Source: Octopus vulgaris | Taxonomy: Eukaryota | DNA: 64,000 bases | Reading direction: 5' to 3' | NCBI GenBank assembly: GCA_951406725.2 | Contig: OX597826.1 | Span: 43,710,001-43,774,000, forward strand | In this document: one piece after another, positions 17,064-27,185 of the stretch | How the letters are laid out: every line of letters begins with the position of its first letter | Position numbering within the stretch: position 1 is the stretch's first letter | Program-made: the position numbers and the translations under genes | The notes under the pieces: generated by a model | What the model was told of the DNA's origin: nothing | Seen by the model: only the letters and a program-made list of their open reading frames with translations | The model's database searches: none

Positions 17064-17726
17064 TTATTTTTATTTTATTTAGTTTCAGCTCACGAGCCGT
17101 GGCCATGTTGGGGCACCGCCATTTGGTGTTGCTACATGATTTTACTTCACGAATGCTTTTTAGCAACTGCCATTTGGTGCACGAGAGAGTTCGAAGCCGA
17201 TGCCCTCATCTGCACCTCCTGTCGTGAAGTTGGTTCATCTGGGACACCTGGCAGGAAGAGATCCAGTTTTATTTTAAAGACATCTGTATCCACCCCATGC
17301 AAGTCTCTCAGGTCTTTCGGGAGGATATTGAAGAGCTGTGAGCCTCTGAAGCCCAGGCTATCACAGTATTTTGTCCTACATCTTGATGGCAAATTTGGAG
17401 TCCTTGGCACTATGCAGTGGCGCCCAGTTCTAGTATTTGTATAGCTCTCGATGCCAAAGTTTGGGACAAGTCCTTCTAGGATCTTCCAGATGTATATTAT
17501 GGCATATCTTTCTCGCCTACGCTCTAAGGAATAGTCTTAATCTCTTGAGTCTTTCCCAGTATCTTATATGCTGCACGGAGGCTATCTTCTTCGTGTAGTT
17601 TCGTTGGATCGCCTCAAGTTCTGTGATTAACTTGACACTATATGGTGACCATAGCTGAGAGCAATAGTCAAAGTGGCTTAGGACAAGTGTCGTCCAGAGG
17701 ACCATCATGGTTTCCTGGTCTCTTGT
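17064..17726 (-). mobile_element. 5'-truncated CR1-group LINE (ORF2 C-terminus, 3'UTR, (TAAAA)n tail), frameshifted
   Basis: ORFs 17517-17708 and 17147-17410 join into LVLSHFDYCSQLWSPY..LEAIQR..YWERLKRLRL/SLERRRERY..LFNILPKDLRD..VPDEP, a typical CR1-group post-RT domain. Confidence 0.9.
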
Positions 17727-17926
17727 ATTATTTTATTTATTTCTTAAAAATATTGTTTAACTCTATTTGCTTATTTATTTAACTATTATCATTCACCTGA
17801 AGATTGACTACAATTTTAGTTCGAATTTATTTCAATTGAATTTAAACTTAATTGTTTTTACTTATTATATTATATTTATCATTCTTTTTATACTTTTAGG
17901 TTAAAAAAAATTTTAATTTAAATTTA

Positions 17927-17968
<42 letters not shown>

Positions 17969-18074
17969 TATATTAATTATATTTCTATCATTTGTTATTT
18001 ATGTATTGGTTTATGTCTATCACTGTTTGAGTTGCCTAATAGTGGTTTTATCTCTAATTCATATTTTATGTGTG

Positions 18075-18256
<182 letters not shown>

Positions 18257-18404
18257 GGAGGTGTACCTGCATAGCAACTGATTTGATCTGAGATCGTGTG
18301 CTGAAACGAAAACAATTGCAGCGTGGAAGGTGTTTGTAAGCCATTTAAGAAACACACAAAAGCCGTTCGATTCACTTCAACATTTGAGAGATGCAGCACG
18401 GATT

Positions 18405-18455
18405 TTTGTCAGTGAACAGGTCGCGGTCTTAAAGCGACGAAAATATTTTGACAAA
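18405..18455 (+). ncRNA. Candidate minimal hammerhead ribozyme, G3-C8 core variant (copy 2)
   Basis: TTTGTCA-GTGAACA-G-GTCGC-ggtcttaaa-GCGAC-GAAA-ATAT-TT-TGACAAA. Confidence 0.6.
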
Positions 18456-18535
18456 TTAAACTTAAATGTTGAAGTGAATCGAACGGCTTTTGTGTGTTTC
18501 TTAAATGGCTTACAAACACCTTCCACGCTGCAATT

Positions 18536-18575
<40 letters not shown>

Positions 18576-18714
18576 AATTGGCTTAAATGGCAAAACACCT
18601 TCCACGCTGCAATTGTTTATATATATATATATATATATATAAACAATTGCATAAGGTATTTGTATTTAAGAAACACACAAAAGCCGTTCGATTCACTTCA
18701 ACATTTAAGTTTAA

Positions 18715-18765
18715 TTTGTCAAAATAGTTTCGTCGCTTTAAGACCGCGACCTGTTCACTGACAAA
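18715..18765 (-). ncRNA. Candidate minimal hammerhead ribozyme, G3-C8 core variant (copy 3)
   Basis: Reverse complement is identical to copy 2 except stem III CTAT instead of ATAT. Confidence 0.5.
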
Positions 18766-18852
18766 AATCCGTATATATATACATACATACACACACACAC
18801 ATATATATATATACACATATATACACATACAAACACAAACACACACACACAT

Positions 18853-19066
18853 ATTCAAAATGTGACCGCGCGTGTACCGTTGGCGATTTTTTTCCCTCCG
18901 TCTTCCTTTCTCTGGATCCTTCCTTTTCCTATGTTTCTGACGAAGAGCTCCGCTCGAAACGTAAAACCCTCCTTCTTCCCTTCCTTCCTGAGCGTCAAAT
19001 AATACTATATTTGTTCCACGTCCTCGCGTTGTTGTGTTTTCTCTTTGTGTTTTCATGTTTGGATTA

Positions 19067-19070
<4 letters not shown>
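18853..19070 (+). mobile_element. Short Penelope-like terminal-repeat element with canonical minimal hammerhead
   Basis: Second copy at 40486-40636 (-) shares the same 3' boundary GGATTAACT; both abut (TA)n. Confidence 0.7.
18933..18967 (+). ncRNA. Minimal type-I hammerhead ribozyme (canonical core)
   Basis: GTTT-CTGACGA-A-GAGC-tcc-GCTC-GAAA-CG-TA-AAAC: stem I, CUGANGA, stem II, GAAA, palindromic ACGU stem III, GUA cleavage triplet. Confidence 0.7.
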
Positions 19071-19100
<30 letters not shown>

Positions 19101-19103
<3 letters not shown>

Positions 19104-19483
19104 TCTTTTACTCTTTTACTTGTTTCAGCCATCCGGCTGAGGCCATGCTGGGGCACCGCCCTTGTTGCTACCCTCTCTAAGTCCAGTTTGCCGTGGCTGG
19201 CCACTGATCTAAGAGAGAGTTTGTAGCTGCTGCCCTTAGGTTACCTTCGTACCTTGCAGTGGGTTCATCTGGGATCCCGGAAAGCAGCTTGTCTAGATGT
19301 TTTTTGAAAATGTCCACATCCGCATCATGTAGATCTCTTAGTTTTCTTGGCAGTTTGTTGAAAAGCTGAGGGCCCCTGAACCCCAGGCTATTACAGTATC
19401 TGCTCCTTACCCTGGATGTGGAAGACGGGACCTTTGGCACCACACAGTGACGTCCTGTACGGGGATTGGAACAGCTCTCAATT
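19101..19483 (-). mobile_element. 5'-truncated CR1-group LINE 3' end with (GTAAAAGA)n tail
   Basis: ORF 19177-19443 is homologous to 17147-17410 (YCNSLGFRGPQLFNKLP..IPDEP..NSLL). Its 3'UTR matches the SINE A tail. Confidence 0.9.
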
Positions 19484-19597
19484 CAAAAATATATATATAT
19501 ACTTATTTTGGTGGATAAGTACTGTGTATTAACGATACCATTGTTTTCAACAGTTATCAAGCCTGTCACATAGTTTTTTTTTTATCTCATTCTGTCA

Positions 19598-19637
<40 letters not shown>

Positions 19638-20400
19638 GTGCGTGTGTGTGTGTGTATGTGTATTTAACTATCTATTTAACTATCTATCTAATTATATATA
19701 TATGTGTGTATACAGACGTATGTATAAACACACACATACACACACACATGCATACACATCCGTGCAATGGAATCACTTGATTACTTTTTTGAACATGAGC
19801 AATATAGTTGTGTCCCCTCCTGTCAGGTATCTACACCCTTTAGCGCAGATGTGGCAACGATAGCTGCCTTTTGCAGTTTACCACCCACATTGATACATGC
19901 CTTCATTCCATCATAGAATACTTTCTTGAATGCATTGCTGTTTTTGGTAACCGCCAGCCATAATATGCAACACATAATAAAGATATTCAAATTCAAGCGA
20001 TGCCTGAAACTTATTCAACTGTGGAATGGCATTGCACTGGTCCAATCTAGCTCTCTAAACATATTTTGCATTTACCCATAAAAAAAACCTACTGTGCATC
20101 ATAGGATGCAGATGAGGTGTCAGGTGAAACATCAGAGTTCTCTTTCTCGTAGAGAAAACTTTAAAATATGACTTTAGATCCTTCACTCCCAAGTATAGGA
20201 TGTCCATTGATTCTAATGAATTCGTCCGACGTTTGACAAGTTTTGTTTTTTGCTCTGCAGGGTGGTCAACAAAAACTACCATCCTCACCAAGCAGGTTCG
20301 ATAGGGTTACCACTTCAGCCGCCGACGCCCCAATCATGCGTTGGGCTCTTCTTGGATGTATGCTACCGGTAGTATGTAGGGTGTCTTCACACACACACAC

Positions 20401-20431
<31 letters not shown>

Positions 20432-20586
20432 TATCATATTATATATATACATGTATAAATCAGAAATGGAAAACAATACAAATTACATGAAATACGTAAG
20501 CAAACGAGTTAAATACGTAAACAACTAGAAATAATGGAAAAGAAAACCAAGCGAAAAAAAACATGGAAGGTCATTAGACCAGAGCG

Positions 20587-20648
<62 letters not shown>

Positions 20649-20651
20649 CAC

Positions 20652-20818
20652 ACATCTTTTCTCTCCTTGTTTCTGTCCTTGTTTTTTTCTGTGTCCCTTT
20701 CTGTAGAAGAGCGTAGGTTCGAAGCGTAAAAGACTTTTTCTATTCCTGAGCGTTATACTAATACATCTGTTTGTTTTATACACCACCTGTCTTCGTCTTT
20801 TGTTTTTTCGTGAACTCT

Positions 20819-20822
<4 letters not shown>
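20652..20822 (+). mobile_element. Short element related to 18853-19070 with a degenerate hammerhead (20697-20732)
   Basis: CTTT-CTGTAGA-A-GAGC-gtag-GTTC-GAAG-CG-TA-AAAG, followed by TTCCTGAGCGT as in the 18853 element. Lies between (CA)n and (TA)n. Confidence 0.55.
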
Positions 20823-20874
<52 letters not shown>

Positions 20875-21125
20875 CTATGTATACAAAATGCCGCGCAGTG
20901 TGACTGAACCCCAAACCATGTGGTTGGAAAGCAAATTTCTTACCACGCACCCATGCCTGTACCTCTTGTGCAAAAAATTGAACTGCTATTCACATTATTT
21001 TTTTCTGTAAACTTATTAAGAAAAAGTAATGCTAAACAATGCTTTAGGCTAAAATATAGTTTCTTTAGACGTTTTTCTGAAATTTTTATCTCGCTTAAAG
21101 GCTGTCTACTAAGAATGTATCCCGT

Positions 21126-21199
<74 letters not shown>

Positions 21200-21723
21200 C
21201 AGAGAAAGAAAGGGGTAATGTAGACGGATGTCAGTATGTGTTGGTTTGTAATTGTATTCAGAAATGGTATAATAGAAACGAGACGAACGATCTTTTGTCA
21301 ATATTTTGATATTGGTCTTCAATCTACAATTAAAAATACGATTGAAATGTGATTATTCTAATACAGACTGACACCATCAAATATTTATTTCAATCCATAG
21401 ACACAAGTCCAGATATTTCGAGAGAGGAAATTCTAGTTGATTAATATCAATCCTGGTATTTACTTGATTGGTAGTCAATAGGTTGAAACGTAAAGTTTAC
21501 CATAGTGGGATTTTGAACTCAGAACATAAGTTGTCGGAACTAATAACGTAATAAGAGGAATTTCCGTCGAATTTTATAATGATTCTCTTAATCCGTTGCC
21601 CATGACACCATTTAACGATGCAGGCTCCTTTAAGTAAGTACTACCTCGAGTTCTGAAAGTCATAGAGCCGGTTAACCGGTTACAATGATATATATAAATG
21701 CATACTTATCTATCTACCTATAT

Positions 21724-22100
21724 AGGAGTGGCTGTGTGGTAAGAAGCTTGCTTCCCAACCACTGGCTTCAGGGTTCTGTCCCACTGCGTGTCACCATGGG
21801 CAAGTGTCTTCTACTATAGCCTTGAGCTGACCAAAGCCTTGTGGTAGACGGAAGCTGAAAGATATGAGGGTATGTCTGTGTGTTTGTGTTTGTACTCCAC
21901 CACTGCTTGACAACCAATGTCGGTGTGTTTACGTCCCCGTAAAATAGCAGTTCGGCAAGAAAGACCGATAAAATATCTGCTAGGCTTAAAAAATAAAATG
22001 AAAAATGTACTGTAGTCGATTCATTTGACTGAAATTGTTCAAGGCAGTGCCCCAGCAAGGCTGCAGTCTACTGACTGAAACATGTAAAAATAAAAGAATA
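21724..22100 (+). mobile_element. SINE family A
   Basis: AGGAGTGGCTGTGTGGTAAG head through GCAGTCTACTGACTGAAAC tail. Confidence 0.9.
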
Positions 22101-22108
22101 TATATATG

Positions 22109-22145
<37 letters not shown>

Positions 22146-22849
22146 ACACACACATATGTATACAGATATAGATAGATAGATAGCGAAATTAATATAATGA
22201 TAGCTTGATAGATATGTATGCATATGTATTTCTATCTGCGGCCGTTTGTATTTATGCAGAACATTGTAGTTCTGTTTTATGCATGTCTATACCAGGGAAT
22301 TTATAATTCAATGGCATCTTTGTGCGTTTAGTCATTTAGATCCAACGTACAAGTTTACAGTGTACTGGCTCCATAGGGGGTCATGTTTGTCATCCTTCTG
22401 TTGTCATGGTTTGTGGCCTTGTTCTATAGACTTATTTCTCACTCTAGTTTCAGTTGGTGTGTTATCTTCATCATAAAAGTCCTCTGTCATATGTTTAATC
22501 GCTTTTATCATTCATAAAGACACCAAACAACTTGAAACGTATATAGTTCCACATAGCGCCCTCCATTCATCGCAACTGAGTGCCAAGCTCACCTGCTGCT
22601 CACACCAAGCACTCCTCAAGATGTAATTTGCCTTAACTGTACATAACCACAGGGTACTCGAGACCAACCACGTTTCTCTTATTTTTTCCCTTCCACTTCA
22701 CAAATTCATGTCGGCTGCACAATTTTAAGCTCCATCCTACTATCTTGTTTTGACAAATGCTACTTTCAACTGCTTGTAACTCTTTTCTTATTACTCACAT
22801 GTTTTATTTTGGGTGTCTGTAGCAGCCGATGAAAAAAAACCTGAATCGA

Positions 22850-23280
22850 AAATATATAGTGTGTTATTGGCCAACTTTCAATGGTGTAAGCAATTTAAAG
22901 CCAAGCCAATTGGGACATGCATATTTTCGTGGCCGAAGAAAGCGCTAATGCTTTAAACTGCTAGTATACTTCTAAACTAGAGAAGTTGGGTTATTGACTT
23001 CTCGTGAGATATTCTTGTCATTAGAAACAGTGCCCGGAGGGAAAGCGATGTGGTCTATAACTGTCAAACTTGTTGTCATCTTACAGAATAGAATATCCTC
23101 AAGTGATTTCGGTTCGATAGATATAGCAACCGTAGTTCTTGCTCGACATTCTGGTGTCATTGTGCATACACGCAATAACAATTACTTCTGCTTCATGCGG
23201 ACTGATAATTGAACTATTTTGTGAAATCTACTTCTTACTGTATTGGATTCTGTGGAATTTGCATCTATTTTGTCTCTAAT
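22850..23280 (-). mobile_element. Possible Helitron Rep/Helicase relic
   Basis: Broken-frame peptides in the expected order: LLRVCTMTPE (cf. IGRxYTVSP), LRLLY, PKSLEDIL (cf. GPxSFEDLR), NPTSLV. By-eye similarity only. Confidence 0.35.
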
Positions 23281-23559
23281 ATGAAATCCACATATTCATT
23301 AGAAGGACTCAATTCACTTAACCTAATTGACTCACTTCTAATATCTCTGACATAATAGAAGTAAGTAATAACAACAACATCTTCCGAAACTTTCAAACGC
23401 ACTCTCATTAATGTTTACCATTACAGTTTACGTAAAGTAAGCTCCACTGGTTACCTACTCTCTTTCATCATCTACCACAATATCTCTTGCCCCGGAGTAA
23501 TTTGGTAAAAGCAAAGTTGGCGCCCTGAACTGAAGCAAAGCTTTCTATCGTGTCTCACA

Positions 23560-23960
23560 TACATATCGCCTATCAAAATTCATGGATTCTTTCCGTCTTT
23601 CATCTCTCTTGGATTGGAAGCTTCCTATCAGATCATACAGCTGCTGCGTATTGACAAAGCTCTTTCTATTCCAAATTTTATCATCCCTGGTCTACTCATG
23701 GTTGGGTTTTGTTAACCACTTCCTCCTAAGTTTCAATGACTCGCTTGTCTACTCGTACAATAATCCCCGCTGTTATACAAGCGACGCCAATCTTCATTCC
23801 TTAGCTGTGCATCATTTACTCGCAACCTAAATATCATATACTGACTCCATGGATTGAGAACTCGAATGTACCGTCCAATGAGGGCGCATCCTTCACCAGC
23901 AAGAAGGCACTTATTCTACTGATACCAACAAAGCATCTTCGCACCACATCCACTTTCATG
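23560..23960 (+). mobile_element. Possible LTR-retrotransposon integrase core relic
   Basis: SNEGASFTSK...TKHLRTT resembles SDNGxxFTS...IKHxxTxxYH. Upstream LDWKLP..Y..C resembles the first acidic-motif region. Confidence 0.4.
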
Positions 23961-25299
23961 ACGAACAGCATTCAGGTTTTAATTATTTCTTCATCACTTG
24001 TCTGTCAGTAGTCTATAAACTGCTATCGATGCTATCATACGACATGAAAAGTTTCAAAAGTGACCGTAATTATGAGAGTCGAATGTGTGTACGCCTTCAC
24101 CCTTCGGGACAATCGACTGACCGTTTGTTAACAATTTGGTATAGGATGATTTTAAGCTATAAAATAGAACATTTGATGCTTATGGATAGATTACAAGAAG
24201 GGTTTTGATTCAATCTTACGTAACTACTTTATAAAAAAAAATGAAAGTACATTAATGAAGACAACGAAGAAGACAAATTCTTGTGGCCACTATAATAACT
24301 TTATGAATAAGCGATAACTTTACGGGAATATTTACTGAGGTGTAAAGGAACAGTACATTTAGTCTTCATTTCATTGTTACTTAGTTTCAAGGTGGCTAAT
24401 AAAGAATTGAATTTAGAATGGTATATAGGCGGACGGATGATAAAATTTAACTATTATCTCCTCCCGACGTATGACCTAAAATTCTATGCTACACACGGTG
24501 CATAGATTGAGGGTTTATTTAGTATTGTCAAACAGTTATTAGTAAGCATGTTAAATTGTTGTTTATTCTAAGGAGTGCAAGAAAACGAGGTACACTGACG
24601 TGTAAAGAAATTAATTTGGGGCTCCAGTTAGATTAAGTAATACAACTGGACGATTCCGCATTCTTCAAATACTTGAACATATAGATGGGAGTAGGAACCA
24701 GAGTGTGAAAGGAATCCAAACGGAGTGGAAAAGCGAATATAGTGACAGTCCAAACAATTACTACAACTTATTTCGATGCACAATCTCTGTGCTATCATTT
24801 ACAATGCTAAATGTAATGAAAATGGGTATGTGATAATGTACTGGCGAGGAACAGAAATGTAGAATGTAAAACAAGAAATGTTTTTTTTAAATATATTTCC
24901 TTTTACATAATGACTCTGACATCGAACGACGGTATATCACTAGAAAAGAAGGCCGAAAGACAATTGAATTAACCCTTCATGTTCTGGGTTAAAACTCTGT
25001 CAATTTCAACTTTGCTTATTATCGCTCCAGGGTCGATTAAATGGAAATACTAGTCAAAGATTGGTATCGATGTTAACGACCAACAACCTCCACTAATATT
25101 TCGGTCCTTGTGTCTATAATACAGAAAATAATCATTAATTATATTTTCTATAATACTATTGGAAACAAACCTTTCGCTTTTGATTTATTTTGATGGTAAA
25201 CATAGATGAATAAAGATCGGTAGTCTGATTTCTTCGTTCCTTCTCACTCTTTTAGTTGACTAGTAGATAAAACAAACTGCACAATAATCACGTGTAAGA

Positions 25300-26370
25300 T
25301 TGTTAAACTGTTTATTATCACCGAGGATCTATTCAAACTGTGAAAGTAATGAGAGATGACGAACGAAACGTGTCTCCCGGAAGACATCTTAGATCTGTAA
25401 CAAAGTATCCATGTCATATTAAATATCTTAGGAAAACGTTTGAAAGACGATTTAGATGGCGAAGAAAAGATGGAATATTATTACAAGTAATATAAAGGTT
25501 AATCCAAAGTAGATTAAAGGTTTCATTGTCGACGAAAGAATTGTTATAGTAAGTTAACTCTAAATGTCTGATGAGTGACATTTATCAAGCACAAACCGAC
25601 GACTTAGAACTTGGTTGAACGAAGAAGTTGTATTATAGTGACATACAATATAATGGAAAACAGAAAATAATGGGCGACAGGTTTTTGATTTCATGGAAGA
25701 TAATAATTTGTGATGGGTGTCACAGAGAACGATATGTTAGAGATCCAGTTTGCGATATGAGTCACAGAAAGATTTGCTTGGATACGAGTGAAAAAGATGA
25801 CAGTATACACAACGGTGGAATGGACGAGATATTAGAGAGATGAATTAGTGACAGGCGGAGGAAAGAGAGGACATTTGTTATGCTCCTCAGATAGTATCTC
25901 TTAATTTGAGGGAAACATTTGACATGAACTGAGAGAAAGATCATAGAAAGGACATAGAAATACGCTCTAGAATCGAATTTTTCAAAACAGTTAAGAAAAG
26001 AAAAAAAAACAGGAAGAGAGTATCAGATAAGGTTGGATAATTTTCTGTATAGAAGCCAGTAAGTATTATTGTTGGTTGATAGTGTTATAGTATATGCTTG
26101 GGTGTAGAGTGTCATGAACACAAATGGTAGCAGTTATGGATGGAATTCAAAGAACTTAATTCACATTGTTAGCAGGGAGTGCAGGATTTTATTTCGAGAA
26201 GTAGTAGAGCTGTCAATCGTAAATCACATTAGAAAGAATATTACTGCGTTATATGTATGTAAAATTGAAAAATGAACCAAGATACACTTATGCTGAAACA
26301 CGGTTTGAAGTATATATTTTCTACAATCAAGGAAATGTATGAGACTAGATGAGAATATTACAGAATGACA
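25300..26370 (+). mobile_element. Possible very old RTE-like LINE relic
   Basis: Purine-rich strand with a WLNEEV-like patch at ~25612 and no intact frame. Confidence 0.25.
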
Positions 26371-26377
26371 TAATCTA

Positions 26378-26941
26378 TTGAGTTGTCCGGAAAGTTCGTG
26401 CCGATTTATAGTAGCTTACCGTTCGACTTATTTTAGAACATGGTTGAGTCTATAAGATAGGATTTGATTACACCTCGATTTAGAGCACAGTTTAAGCTAT
26501 CTTTTCGTGGAAGAAGGATTGTGTTCCTATAAACTGTTAATTCTGTAACCCTTTAAAAGGGAAGATAAGAAAGTTCATTTTCGGCACTTGATGCTTTGGG
26601 AACCAGACAAAAATTGCTGAAGCTCGGTTGGAATGTGTTACTCCACCCTTCATATTCACTAGATATTGCTCCTTCGGATTTCCACTTATTCAAGTCTCTG
26701 CAGAATAGTCTTAATAGTAAAAATTTCAATTCGTTGGATGACGTAAAAAGATACGTTGATGAATTATTTGCCATGAAACCACCTCAATTCTGGAAAGAGG
26801 GTATTTTTAAGTTAAAGGAAAGATGGAGACGCATTGTGCAACAAAATGGTTCATATTTGGTTGATTAAAAATGTAATGGCAAGTATTTATTGACCTTTTT
26901 CTTTCCTTTAAAAATCGACACGACCTTTCCGGACAGCCTAA
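26378..26941 (+). mobile_element. Non-autonomous mariner (DD34D) deletion derivative, copy 1
   Basis: TA-flanked ~30-bp TIRs (TTGAGTTGTCCGGAAAGTTCGTGCCGATTT / AAATCGACACGACCTTTCCGGACAGCCTAA). ORF 26596-26868 carries HPSYSLDIAPSDFHLF and the mariner C-terminus. Confidence 0.95.
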
Positions 26942-27035
26942 TACATTATGAAAACATAAAATTTAGATATTAGAAAAGATGTTACGTAATTAGTTACTAT
27001 TCTTAATATGTGGTGGTGGTGGTGGTGGCGGTAAT

Positions 27036-27185
27036 GCGGTGAGCTGGCAGACTGGTTAGCACGCTGAGAAAAATGTCCTGAGTTCAAATTCAGCCGATAA
27101 AATAAGTACCCGTTGAACACTGGGATCGATGTAATCGACTTAGCCTCTCCCCAAACCTGCCGGTCTAGTACTAATATTTGAAACT
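27036..27185 (+). mobile_element. Nin-domain SINE B, internally deleted
   Basis: GCGGTGAGCTGGCAGA..CTGAGTTCAAATTCAGCC..TAAGTACC..CACTGGGATCGATGTAATCGAC. Confidence 0.8.

Noticed and set aside
17791-17841. Hammerhead-like CTGAAGA-T-TGACTA..TAGTTC-GAAT
   Set aside because: GAAA is broken and stem III is unconvincing. It may be a decayed PLE motif but is not supportable.
25562-25600. CTGATGA-GTG..CAC-AAAC
   Set aside because: Lacks G12 and has no stem I or III; consistent with chance.
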